Positions 29,708-40,128 of a stretch of DNA of 64,000 nt are shown piece by piece. Origin of the DNA: an uncultured Bacillota bacterium. GTDB taxonomy: Bacteria > Bacillota > DTU025 > MWDF01. Within the stretch, counting starts at the first letter, position 1. Every line of letters starts with the position of its first letter. The stretch is taken from positions 22,831 to 86,830 of the forward strand of contig CAWGMK010000007.1 in assembly GCA_963823655.1 (NCBI GenBank), given 5' to 3'. The notes under the pieces were generated by a model that was not told the DNA's origin, did not search any database, and was given only the letters and a program-made list of their open reading frames with translations. The translations under genes and the position numbers were made by a program.

Positions 29708-31980
29708 AAGCCCTGTTCATCTTGCAAAGGTCCACGTTCACGGCCTTGCCGTCCAGTTTTATCGAAAGGGTTTCCCCTCCGGTCTTGCCGACGAAGTACG
29801 CCGGCACGCCGTTTCTCCTGGCGATGCTCTGTATCGTTGCCGCATTGCCGGGCTTCACCTCTATGAGGGCCCTTGATGCGCTCTCGGAGAAGAGCAGCTT
29901 GTAAAGCGGCAGGCAGTCGGGGTTCGCATCAGTAAGATCGATATCGGCACCTATCCCTTTTGCAAGGCATGCTTCAGAAAGGGCCGCGCCCAACCCGCCT
30001 TCCGCGCAGTCGTGAGCAGATGTCATCAGGCCCTGGCCCGCTGCCTCTATCAGGAACTTGATAAGCCTCTTCTCGTTGTCCGCGTTGAACCTTGGAGGCC
30101 TGCCGGCCTCTATGCCGTGGAAATGGGCCAGGTATTCAGACCCGCCCAGCTCGTCTTTTGTTTCACCCAACAGGACGATGGAGTTGCCGGCCTCCCTGAA
30201 GCCCGCAGGCACCGCCTTGTTCACGTCGTCCAAGGAACCTACCATGCCGATAGTGGGAGTCGGGTAGATCGCAGTCTCGCCGTCCTCGTTGTAGAAGCTG
30301 ACATTGCCGCCTGTTACCGGCGTTCCGAAAACCTCGCACCCTTCGGCAAGGCCCAGCACGGATTCCCTGAAGCTCCAGTATACTTCGGGTTTCATGGGGT
30401 TGCCGTGGTTCTGGCAGTTTGTTACGGCAAGTGGCGTCGCGCCTGTCAGGGCGATCTTCCTTGCTGCCTCGGCCACCGCAAGCTTGGCACCCTCCCTGGG
30501 GAACAGGTAGCAGTAGCGGGGGTTGACGTCGGTAGTGAGTGCAATGCCCTTGTTTGTTCCGGGGATGCGCACAACGGCGGCGTCTCCGCCCGGTTTTATC
30601 GCGGTGCCGCAGCCGACCTGGTGGTCGTACTGCGAGTATATCCAGCGCTTGGAGCAAAGGGCGGGCGATGCCATAAAGTCGATGATCATCGAGGAGAGCT
30701 TCTCATCGTCGGGCGCCGGCAGGCTGCCCGGGTCGAATGCGCCTAGCTCATTGATGTAGCCCGGCTTCACGTATTCCCTGTCGTAGGCAGGCGCGTCCTC
30801 AGCAAGCTGCGCTGCGGGGATATCGGCTACGACTTCGCCGTGCATGGTCAGCGTCAGCATCCCGCCGTCGGTGACCTCTCCTATGACTGCCGCGTCCAGG
30901 TCCCACTTCCTCAGGATGTCGGCGACCTCCCCCTCCTTGCCGGGGACGGGCACCATGAGCATCCTCTCCTGCGATTCCGAAAGCATTATCTCGTAAGGGC
31001 TCATGCCGGTCTCGCGCTTGGGAACAAGGTCCAGCTCTACTTTCATTCCTGATCCACCGCGGCTTGCCATCTCAGATGTCGCGCAGGTAAGCCCTGCCGC
31101 GCCAAGATCCTGAATTCCGAGCACAAGTTCCTTTTCAACCAGCTCCAGGCAGGCTTCAAGCAGAAGCTTCTCGCGGAACGGGTCGCCGACTTGTACTGCC
31201 GATTTCCTCTCCTGGGCCTCCTCTGTCAGGTCCGCCGATGCGAATGTCGCCCCGTGTATGCCGTCGCGCCCGGTGGTGGAGCCTATAAGCATGACTTTGT
31301 TGCCGGCGCCTGTCGCTTTGCCGCGCCTGATGTCCTCATGCTTCAGATATCCTACGCACATGACATTTATTAAGAGGATTTACCGAATAGCAGCTTCCGA
31401 ACCAGCTCATGCCGCCGACTGTGGGAATGCCGACCGCGTTGCCGTAGCCCGCTATGCCGGCTACCACGCCGTCGATTATGTGGCGGTTCCTGGCGTCGTC
31501 CGCAGGCCCGAAGAACAGCGGGTCGAGCATGGCTATCGGGCGCGCTCCCATGGTGAATATGTCGCGTATGATGCCGCCGGCCCCTGTCGCGGCCCCCTGA
31601 TAGGGCTCAACCGCGCTGGGGTGGTTGTGGCTTTCGATCTTGAACGCGACGGCCAGGCCATCGCCGACATCGACTATGCCTGCGTTCTCGCCCGGGCCCT
31701 GCAGCACGCAGTCGCCCTTGGTAGGCAGTAGCTTCAGCACCTTCCTCGAATTCTTATAGGAGCAGTGCTCGCTCCACATGACGGAGAACATCGCCACTTC
31801 CAGGAAGTTGGGATGCTTTCCGATCTTGGTGCAGACCAGCTCGTATTCTTCATCGGTAAGCCCCATCGCGCGCCAGTCCTTGGGCTCCACTGTCCTTACG
31901 CCTGAGACTGCCGGGCTCTGCTTATCCACGAAATCTTTTATCTGCTCGCTCATTTGAGGTAGCCTCCCTTCCCGCACCAT
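29670..31980 (-). CDS. purL: phosphoribosylformylglycinamidine synthase II (large subunit), apparent frameshift at about 31336-31361
   Basis: The 214 aa N-terminal ORF (...[29 protein letters not shown]...) and the 563 aa C-terminal ORF overlap by 26 nt in different frames. Confidence 0.85.
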
Positions 31981-32656
31981 TCGATGAGGGATTTGAAGAC
32001 CCTTATGCCGTCGGTGCCGCCCAAAACGCTTTCCATGACGCGCTCAGGGTGAGGCATAAGCCCTACCACGTTGCCCTCTTTGTTCGATATGCCGGCTATG
32101 TTGTTGATGCTGCCATTGGGGTTTGAGCAGGCAGAAAGCTCTCCGTCGGCCTCGGCGTAGCGGAAGACCACCCTTCCGTTGTCCTCGAGCGTTCTTTATC
32201 ATATCGGCATCGGCGTAGTAGTTGCCCTCTGCATGAGCTATGGGGAAGTCGACTACCTCGCCCTGTGGAATAAAGGCTTGTAAAGGGGGTTTTAACGTTT
32301 TCGACCCTCAGCTTCTGGGGCCTGCATATGAACTTCAGGCTGCGGTTTCTAAGCGTAACGCCCGGAAGAAGGCCCAATTCAAGAAGCACCTGGAAGCCGT
32401 TGCATATGCCAAGCACCGGACCGCCGTCGTTTGCGAAATCGATCACGGCATCCATTATCGGGGAGAAGCGGGCGATGGCCCCGCAGCGGAGGTAATCGCC
32501 GTGGGCGAATCCGCCGGGCAGCACTATCGCATCGTACCCTTCTACGCTTTTCTCTTTATGCCATATGAAGCCCGAATCCGCGCCTGTTACCTCAGCCGCC
32601 CTCTCGACGTCGCGGTCGCAGTTGGAGCCGGGGAAGACCACTATGCCTATCTTCAT
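31950..32656 (-). CDS. purQ: phosphoribosylformylglycinamidine synthase I (glutaminase subunit), two apparent frameshifts within about 150 nt
   Basis: [16 protein letters not shown]...GICNGFQVL in the 186 aa ORF. The middle segment ...[23 protein letters not shown]... is only in a third frame. The C-terminus [44 protein letters not shown] is in the 73 aa ORF. Confidence 0.8.
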
Positions 32657-32916
32657 TTCGCCATCTCCTCGGCCAGGGTGAACTCATATCTTTCCATGAC
32701 CAGGTTGGCCAGAAGCTTCCTGGTTATCTCGTCCAAGGCAAGCTTTGCCGAAGCCTCATCCGCAGCCTTGAGCCTGACTTCGATGAACTTTCCAAGGCGC
32801 ACGTCATCCACTGCCGAGTAGCCCATGCTGTGAAGGCCCGTCCTCACCGCGACGCCCTGCGGGTCCAGTATGGAGGGCTTAAGCGTCACAATTACTTTCG
32901 CAAGATAGCTCTTCAC
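32653..32916 (-). CDS. purS: phosphoribosylformylglycinamidine synthase subunit PurS
   Basis: 87 aa, [21 protein letters not shown]... Confidence 0.85.
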   Translation of the reverse strand: MKSYLAKVIVTLKPSILDPQGVAVRTGLHSMGYSAVDDVRLGKFIEVRLKAADEASAKLALDEITRKLLANLVMERYEFTLAEEMAK

Positions 32917-33677
32917 TCTACCGCACCTCCGGATATCCTTCTTAGAACCTCGACATAGGCTTCCTCGACGCCGCCCAAATCGCGGCGGAAGCGGTCCTTG
33001 TCCAGCTTCTCGCGGGTCTGGGAGTCCCAGAAGCGGCAGGTGTCGGGGGAAATCTCGTCAGCGAGGATGATCTGGCCTTTGTAGAGCCCGAACTCCAGCT
33101 TGAAGTCCACGAGTATGAGGCCTCTGTCCGCCATGAAGGGGCGAAGCAGGTTATTGACTCTAGTCGCCATATCGCGCACCTTGTCGACGGTCGCCTGGTC
33201 GGCTATCCCTAGGAGCTTTACGTGGTCGTCGTTTACGAGGGGGTCGTGCAGCTCGTCGTCCTTGTAGTAGATCTCGCGGATCGGCTCCTTGATGTCGACG
33301 CCCTCGGGGATGCCGAGCCTCTTGGAAAGGCTACCGGCCACCACATTCCTTACGACTACTTCTAGAGGGACGATCTTTACGTGCTTTACCAGCATCTCGG
33401 TGTCCGATAACAGCTTTACGAAGTGAGTCGGAATGCCATGATGCTCCAAATAGCCGAACATGGCGGCGGACATGAGGTTGTTTACCCTGCCCTTGCCGCT
33501 TATCGTGCCCTTCTTAAGCCCGTCGAAGGCGGTTGCGCTATCCTTGTAGCTTATGAGGACTTCGTCCGGATTCTCGGTTGCGTACACCCTTTTGGCCTTG
33601 CCTTCGTACAACAGCTTCCCTTCCATATCAAAAACCTCCATATCATTGTTATTACAAAGGTGAATTCGCTTATTCAA
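32913..33677 (-). CDS. purC: SAICAR synthetase
   Basis: LLYEGKAKRVY, GKG and LILVDFKLEFG motifs. Confidence 0.9.
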   Translation of the reverse strand: MNKRIHLCNNNDMEVFDMEGKLLYEGKAKRVYATENPDEVLISYKDSATAFDGLKKGTISGKGRVNNLMSAAMFGYLEHHGIPTHFVKLLSDTEMLVKHVKIVPLEVVVRNVVAGSLSKRLGIPEGVDIKEPIREIYYKDDELHDPLVNDDHVKLLGIADQATVDKVRDMATRVNNLLRPFMADRGLILVDFKLEFGLYKGQIILADEISPDTCRFWDSQTREKLDKDRFRRDLGGVEEAYVEVLRRISGGAVE

Positions 33678-33684
33678 AGTTCTC

Positions 33685-34188
33685 TTATTTTCCCTTGACC
33701 CTTACTTCCTCATCGGCCTCGATCGCCCTGGCCTTGATGTTCTCCTTGTAATCACGAAGGATTATTTCCAATGTCTTGTCGGATAATGCCAGTATCTGGG
33801 CTGCGAGTATGGCGGCATTTGCAGCGCCTCCGATGGCCACTGTCGCCACCGGCACGCCGGACGGCATCTGCACTGTGGCATATAGCGCGTCTACACCGTT
33901 TAGCGCCCCCGATGAAAGGGGTACGCCTATCACAGGAAGCATGGTGTTCGCGGCCATTGCGCCTGCAAGATGGGCCGCCGCTCCGGCTCCCGCGATGATT
34001 ACCTTAATCCCACGGCCTGCGGCGCTCTTCGCGTATTCTGCCGCGATGTCCGGGGTGCGGTGGGCGGATATCACTCTGAGCTCGGATTCTATTCCGAACT
34101 TGGTTAGCAATCCCGACGTCGCCTTCATGACTTCCAGGTCCGATTTGCTTCCCATTACTATTCCTACTTCGATTCCGTTGATTGACAT
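33685..34188 (-). CDS. purE: N5-carboxyaminoimidazole ribonucleotide mutase
   Basis: [14 protein letters not shown] and VISAHRTPD. No purK was seen in the window. Confidence 0.9.
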   Translation of the reverse strand: MSINGIEVGIVMGSKSDLEVMKATSGLLTKFGIESELRVISAHRTPDIAAEYAKSAAGRGIKVIIAGAGAAAHLAGAMAANTMLPVIGVPLSSGALNGVDALYATVQMPSGVPVATVAIGGAANAAILAAQILALSDKTLEIILRDYKENIKARAIEADEEVRVKGK

Positions 34189-34682
34189 GGAAACTCCTCC
34201 TTAAAAAAGCATAAAGCCCCGCGAACAAGGTTACGAAACCTGCCCGCCGGGGCTTTTATCCCTTAGGTGTAGCCTTGCCCTCTAAAAAGAGGGGGGCCTG
34301 CGCCGCTCGGTCCAGGCCCGCTTCGCTTCTGCTTCGCGGCGGAACCCTAGGCGCACTTTCGTCATATTCTTTTTTGGGGCGGGCTTAAGCCCCTAAAAAC
34401 TTTGCGCCGCACGAACCCTTCAAAAGGGCCTGCGGCGCATCCTCGATCATCTATTCAGAGCTGTGGGCATGCGACAAGGCAAGCTTACCCGAAAACGCTA
34501 TCCTTCTCAGCCTACAGTGCCAATTCATAAACCCTACGCGTCCTTTCCCAAACCGGGCCTCGCCGTGCCCGCTTATTTGAAACGACTACATGAGGATTGT
34601 AAGCTAAAACGACGAAATCTTCAAGCCTTCTGCGGCTTCGGCAATACCAGCGCCTTGTGCTGATTACGACTATATCGGCAGC
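34189..34682 (-). promoter_or_regulatory. long structured 5' leader of the pur operon with an intrinsic terminator-like hairpin abutting the RBS; candidate riboswitch or attenuator
   Basis: A 494 nt intergenic leader containing several GC-rich hairpins. On the minus strand, 34256-34213 forms a 9 bp stem AAAGCCCCG...CGGGGCTTT followed by ATGCTTTTTTAAGGAGG directly before the purE ATG. Confidence 0.45.
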
Positions 34683-35593
34683 TTATTTGCCCAATGGGAG
34701 CACTGCCAGTATGATATCGAATTTTATCCTGGCCTGGCCCGCGGCCTGGGAAAGGATGATCTCGTCGCCCTCCACCTTAACGAGTATCCCTGAGAGGGTT
34801 GTGCCGTCTTTCAGCACTACTATGACGCCGGCGGTTCCTTGAGCGCCTGCGGCAGGCGATGCTTCGATCTGGCCCGGTACGGAGGATTTGATCTCCTCTG
34901 CGCTGAGTGCGCGGCCGTAGAGCCTGACTTCGCTGATGGCGCCTTTTATGTGCTCCAGCTCGTTGTCGTCCATGAAGGCTCCTATTGCGAATGTCGACTG
35001 CTCGGGATAGGCGATGTCCCCGTAGGCTTGGGTAGATTCCCTGACAAGGGTACCGTCGATATAGAGCTTCATGTTGGCACCATCGTAGGTGAAGGCTATG
35101 TAGTACCATCTGCCGAGCTCGAAATAGTTGTCCCAGGATATCCAGTCATATCTGGGAGAGCCGCCGTCTCTTACGGTTGCGATGTAGCCTCCGATGCGCC
35201 CGTCCACCACGCCAAGGAAGAAGCCCCTTTCATAGGAGCCGTTGTCCTGCACGTAGTTCAGAATGCCGGTCCAGGAAGCGACGGGTTTCGATCTTCGCCC
35301 AGACCTGCGATAGTGAGCTCCTTAGCCGGCAATGCCGTACCTGATGGTGCCCCTTTGTAAAGTTCGATGCGGTTGCTGGTGCCGTCGAAGACCATCGCCT
35401 TGCCGTAAGGGCCGTCAATGAACTGCTGGGGGCCGTTTATCGCTCCATCCTTGCCGTACAGTGCAGAAAGCGCAATGCCGTTAATGTATTCCGGCGCAAG
35501 GACCCATGCGCCTATCAGGCCTGAAGGGGCAGCATGCGCCGACGAAACGAGAAGCAGGGAAATCAACAGCGCCATTAGCATCATCTTTTTCAT
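34683..35593 (-). CDS. secreted concanavalin-A-like lectin/LamG-domain protein, apparent frameshift at about 35252-35258
   Basis: The N-terminal ORF has a signal peptide MKKMMLMALLISLLLVSSAHA. The C-terminal ORF has WYYIAFTYDGANMKLYIDGTL..., a LamG/ConA-like beta-sandwich signature. Confidence 0.5.
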
Positions 35594-35869
35594 TAAGCAT
35601 CCACCTTTTCTCAGTCTTCTTTGGGCGCGGTCTTACTTTTATCGCTTAATCAAATAGGAGGGAGATTACGTTGATTTCCTATTATTATACCTGCAACAGC
35701 GGTCTTTACAAGCCATTCGTCAGATAAGTGCACGTTTGCTGCCCAATACCCTGCAACGACTGGGTTTGTGAAGCCGGAGGTCATGCGGATGAGACAAGGT
35801 GCTTAATGCACTTTGCTATCGCCTGTTTACACTGCTGCTGCGATAATGAAGTAAATATGGCTTTGCGGG

Positions 35870-37891
35870 GTGAGCAAGATGGATTACGAGGGCATAGTAA
35901 GGCTCGATCGGATTCTCGTTATGGCCGGCGTGGCCTTTGCAGCAGTGCTGCTTCTGCTTTTCCAGGGAGGCGCTGCAAGGGAGATGTTCCTTCCCATATG
36001 CATAGCCGTTTCCGTGCTGGCTTTGGTGGCCGAAACAGGGCATCGCTACGACAGAAAAGGGCGCACCTATGCAATGCCTTACTTCTCGGTCCCTGCTTTC
36101 ATGCTCGTCATACTTGCCGCGGCGAGCACCTTCTGGAGCATCGATATCGGAAGGAGCATGGCGGAGCTGCCTAAGTACTTCCTTTACTTCCTCTCGTTCT
36201 GGATCCTATCCCGCATGGTGGATAAGCAAAGAAGGGCAGCATACTTCATATTCCTCCTGGTTGCAGGCGCCATGATGGCCTATTCGCTGTATGAATACGC
36301 CTTTCTAGCCGGCTCCGGGACGGCAGGGCCGACATTCCCGTTTGCATCACCCGAGCCTTTTGTGGCATTCGCCCTGGTCCTGCTTTCGATGTCGCTCGGC
36401 ATGCTGATGAGCGTTTGGCTGGATGGGGCTGTATTGAGCGAAGAGGCTGCGGGCGCAACTCATATTGCAGTTCTTGTCGTATCAGCGGCCACCGCCCTTT
36501 TGTCGTCGGCAGCGCTGCTGCTGTCCTCTTCGGCCATGACGCTGCTTCTGGGAACCCTAATACTTGTCGCAATAGTGCTTGTCCGCGGTCGGAAAGAGTG
36601 GCTCAGATCTGCGGCTCTTGTATTGGGCGTAATGCTCATCGGGCTGTTGTTTTCATGGCTGCTCAGCTCATATGGATCGAGCGAAGCAAGGACGGTGCCC
36701 TTCCTTCCTGCGCTTGAGGGCACGGTTGAAGGTTTCGTTAAGGAGCTCGAATACAGGGCTTATCATTGGGTAATCGCATTAAAGCTCGGGGCACAGCGTT
36801 TCGTTGGGGGCTTCGGACTGGGGACTTTCAAGGAAGCGCTGCCTCTTGCCTATGTACCTGCCGACTTCAGGCCCGGGCCAAATGCGCAAAGCTTCGCCTT
36901 GCAGCTGTTCGCAGAGCTCGGTTTTCTTGGCTTCTCATCGTTTCTGGCTCTGGCGGCATCAGTTGCAGTGAGCCTTGCAAGAAGGGTGAAGCGCAATGAC
37001 AAGGATGCCTTGGCTCTGGCAGTGCCATTCGTCGCTGCCCTGATCTCCCTTTTCATCGGGGGAGGATACGAGGCGCCGGTGTTAGCAATGCTGTTTTTCA
37101 TGTTCTCGGGAATGGCCTCGGCGGAAAGGCACACTGCAGCAGACGTAAAGGGAAGGAAGGGCCGGATGAGGCTTATCCCTACCGCAGCCCTGCTTGCGGT
37201 GATAGCCGGCTCGATCGTCCTCTGCTCCTTCTCCATGGCGGCGCTTACCGCAAAGCAGGAGGCCGAGCACTATATGGACCACGGGGAATATGAAGAGGCG
37301 GTAGTCGCGATAGACAAGGCCCTGGACCTGAATTCGTACGACAAGGACCTCTATATGGCCTGGGCAAGGGCGGAGATGGCGCTGGCCAATGATGGAGTCG
37401 AGGGGCACAGCCTTGATGCGGCCCTCAGGTATGCGGAAATTGCAGTAGACCTCTCTCCTTATAGCCCGGAGGCGCTTGCGATCAGGGGCTCCCTAATTAA
37501 GGCAATGGTAGATGACGGCTCGTGGTTGGAGGATTTCAAGCAGGCATCCGCCTTCGCCGCAGACGATGTCTCAGCCAGCCTTACAGTCGCGGATGAGGGG
37601 CTAAGGACGGGTGACTTGGACATGGCGGGAGAGTACATCGACATTGCGAGGCTGAATGAGCCCCTTCTGTCAACGGGTGCGGATGTGACCACCCTTGAGG
37701 GAATAAGCGATCTCTCCAACCTGATAAAAGTCGAAGTGCTTGCCTATGTCCATGCGGTGAAATCAGGGGATACAGATGAGGCCGAGATCATACTTGAGGA
37801 TCTTAAGTTGTTGGAAGAGGAGTACCCCGACATCCACGGATTCATACACGAACTGATTGAAAGATATGGCGTGGAAGATCCCCTTCACTGA
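35870..37891 (+). CDS. polytopic membrane protein with an O-antigen ligase/polymerase-like (Wzy_C) core and a C-terminal TPR-like domain
   Basis: More than 10 TM helices. RAYHWVIALKLGAQRFVGGFGLGTF is a Wzy_C-like loop. The C-terminus has TPR-like helices (EAEHYMDHGEYEEAVVAIDKALDLN...). Confidence 0.55.
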   Translation: MSKMDYEGIVRLDRILVMAGVAFAAVLLLLFQGGAAREMFLPICIAVSVLALVAETGHRYDRKGRTYAMPYFSVPAFMLVILAAASTFWSIDIGRSMAELPKYFLYFLSFWILSRMVDKQRRAAYFIFLLVAGAMMAYSLYEYAFLAGSGTAGPTFPFASPEPFVAFALVLLSMSLGMLMSVWLDGAVLSEEAAGATHIAVLVVSAATALLSSAALLLSSSAMTLLLGTLILVAIVLVRGRKEWLRSAALVLGVMLIGLLFSWLLSSYGSSEARTVPFLPALEGTVEGFVKELEYRAYHWVIALKLGAQRFVGGFGLGTFKEALPLAYVPADFRPGPNAQSFALQLFAELGFLGFSSFLALAASVAVSLARRVKRNDKDALALAVPFVAALISLFIGGGYEAPVLAMLFFMFSGMASAERHTAADVKGRKGRMRLIPTAALLAVIAGSIVLCSFSMAALTAKQEAEHYMDHGEYEEAVVAIDKALDLNSYDKDLYMAWARAEMALANDGVEGHSLDAALRYAEIAVDLSPYSPEALAIRGSLIKAMVDDGSWLEDFKQASAFAADDVSASLTVADEGLRTGDLDMAGEYIDIARLNEPLLSTGADVTTLEGISDLSNLIKVEVLAYVHAVKSGDTDEAEIILEDLKLLEEEYPDIHGFIHELIERYGVEDPLH

Positions 37892-38636
37892 CATTGTGCT
37901 TGATGGGGCCTCAATATCCATCGGCAGCCCTTTTCAACAAGCGAATCGGGATTCTCTTGGAGGTGTTATCTTGAGTTCAAAGACTAAGCCGGAGGAGAAT
38001 TTTGCCGACAAAAGCAGACTCGAAGACTTTGACGGCCTTGTAAACAGGCTGTTGTCCGACCCTTCTCAGATAAAAGGCCTTTTGGAGGCAATCCCTAAAG
38101 ACAAAGGAAACCTGAAATACTTGCATGAGAAAGCTATACGGGCGATAAGCGAGAGAAAGCCCGATCCTCTGCTTCCTCACATGGATCTCATACTGGGCTT
38201 GGCTAATTGCGAAAATACGTTCATCCGCTGCGGGGCGATAATTAGCCTATCGAATCTCATTCCAAAGGCTTCGGCAGGGGCGGCGCTTGAGTCATTCAAG
38301 GGCTATATGGCGCTCATGGAATCCGATTCCCTTCTTATTGCGGGCAACGCATCAGGTAACGCATGGAAGATAGCGAAAGCCTGGCCCGGATTGGAGCCAT
38401 GCATAACCAAAAAGCTGCTTTCTATACCATCCAGGACATTCATCCATCAGGGGAAGCCCTCCCCCGAATGCAGGAATATCATGATAGGGCACGCTTTGGA
38501 ATGCTTCGCCAAGTATTTCGATTTCGCAACTGACAAGGCAAGCATCATAGATTTCTTCGAAAAGGCAGAGGCGAATGAAAGGCCTTCAGTGGCGCGGAAG
38601 GCACACACCCTTCACAGAAAGCTTCGAAGCTATTGA
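37857..38636 (+). CDS. hypothetical protein, possibly alpha-helical repeat (HEAT/ARM-like)
   Basis: 259 aa ORF overlapping the end of the preceding gene. No motif recognised. Confidence 0.3.
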   Translation: MKDMAWKIPFTDIVLDGASISIGSPFQQANRDSLGGVILSSKTKPEENFADKSRLEDFDGLVNRLLSDPSQIKGLLEAIPKDKGNLKYLHEKAIRAISERKPDPLLPHMDLILGLANCENTFIRCGAIISLSNLIPKASAGAALESFKGYMALMESDSLLIAGNASGNAWKIAKAWPGLEPCITKKLLSIPSRTFIHQGKPSPECRNIMIGHALECFAKYFDFATDKASIIDFFEKAEANERPSVARKAHTLHRKLRSY

Positions 38637-38712
38637 GATTCAGAATTTGCAGATGCCCTTGCAATGCATAGCACAACTAAGGCCGGTCTTATCGTTCTTA
38701 GGAACAGAAAGT

Positions 38713-39918
38713 TCACTCATCCCGGCTCCCGGTACGTGTAATTTTCCATATGCTCCGGCCATCTGCAATGAAAAAGCCATCAGCAATAGGGTAAATCACG
38801 GCTGGGCCTCTCAACCCCTCTACTTTTAGAATATCGGTTGTGAGAAGATTGTTATCCAGAACAACTATTCTGTCTTTTTGAGGAATGAAGTAGCTGCCTT
38901 CATAAGATAGCGGTTCTCCAATAACACCATCTTCCAGCACTGCCGAAGCCAATACATATCCATCGAATGGGCGAAGCAGCTTCAGGCTCTTGGAATCCTT
39001 TCCGACGACAAGCACGTGTCCGTCCGCGCCTACAGCCAGAAATTTAGGATTCTCCGTCTTTAACGTCCAGCTCAAGCCCGCCGTATCAAGGGTGTTCCAC
39101 ATGGCTAACCCTGTTCCTTCGACTACGAACAACGCGCCGTAACCCGGAACCTCTTTCATAATGAGAATATCGGCCGGATATAGCTGGAGAAACTGCAGGT
39201 CGTTCTTTCCGTCTTCGGTTCTGATCACCTTGGAATATTTTGTTCCTACGGTAAGATTGTCGCTTCCGAATTCATAAACTTCGCCCGTAAGAAGAAGCCT
39301 TCCATCCCAGAGTATTTCGAGGAGCCGAACCGGCCCCGGTAGCATAAGTCCTCAGAAATCACATTCCTCATGAGGATAGTATTCCCAAAGGGAGCTTCCC
39401 TCATCGTTGAATGCCTGGATTCCGTAAGAATGCCCTACAGCGGGGCTCCCATCAGGCAGTATAGTAATAGCCACAATCTCCTCATTGGCTTCAGATTCCC
39501 ACGCCTCCCTACCGTCGGCGTCGAACTTTGCCAGTATAGTCCCATATGCTATGAATAGAGATCCTTCTTGTCCAAAGGCCATGGCCTTTATATTGGATGG
39601 CAAGACGGTTTCAATAACCTTTTCCGCGGACGAATCGAATATCATCAGCTTCCTCTTATGCGACACCGCGAAGCCGCCATCCTGCGAAGCCGCAAACATG
39701 TCGTGGCTATTCTGCCCGATATGGGTGATTTCGTAATCTGAAGCAGCCGCATTCAATGGAAATGAGGCTATTGCCAATAATACGGCAACAAAAATGAAGA
39801 TCGCTCTCTTCACAATATCATCACCTCTTTGAGACAAGCTTGGGAGCCTATTCGCTTCTCTTGCCAAAGTGAACGCCTTGTGCGTAGTCCATGGTCTCAT
39901 TCTATATCTTTTGAACAA
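38713..39918 (-). CDS. secreted beta-propeller (PQQ/BamB-like repeat) protein interrupted by one in-frame TGA at 39352-39354
   Basis: Two ORFs in the same frame (...HEECDF*-GL-MLPGPVRL...) with a signal-anchor at the N-terminus. Repeated ...DGS/DG...V...G blades in both halves. Confidence 0.45.
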
Positions 39919-40128
39919 ATGTACAATTATCTATACAAAGCTTTCTATGTTTCGGCTATATTTCATTTTAGGCCATCTAGCTGGAGCTAAGCTATTACAG
40001 TTTATCTCTGTAAATCCAGCATATGCATATACCATTTTCTTGTGCTGTTCAGCGTCAGAATATTCATTTCTTTGTATAAAGAAGGACGGGGTATTATCAC
40101 ATAGAAAGCTATTAATCGGTCAAGCTAA

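Noticed and set aside
34189-34682. Canonical guanine/adenine riboswitch or ZTP riboswitch in the pur leader
   Set aside because: The conserved cores (GGAUAUGG loop, GUUUCUACC, CCGUAAAU, or the ZTP CCGCCUGGGC pseudoknot strand) were looked for by eye and not found. Kept only as an unclassified structured leader.
38713-39918. Alternative genetic code (TGA as sense, code 4/25) explaining the in-frame TGA
   Set aside because: Most genes of 400 aa or more in the window (purH, purD, dnaB, the lon-like gene, livM) end cleanly under the standard code, and the other breaks are frameshifts rather than TGA codons. An isolated event is more likely.
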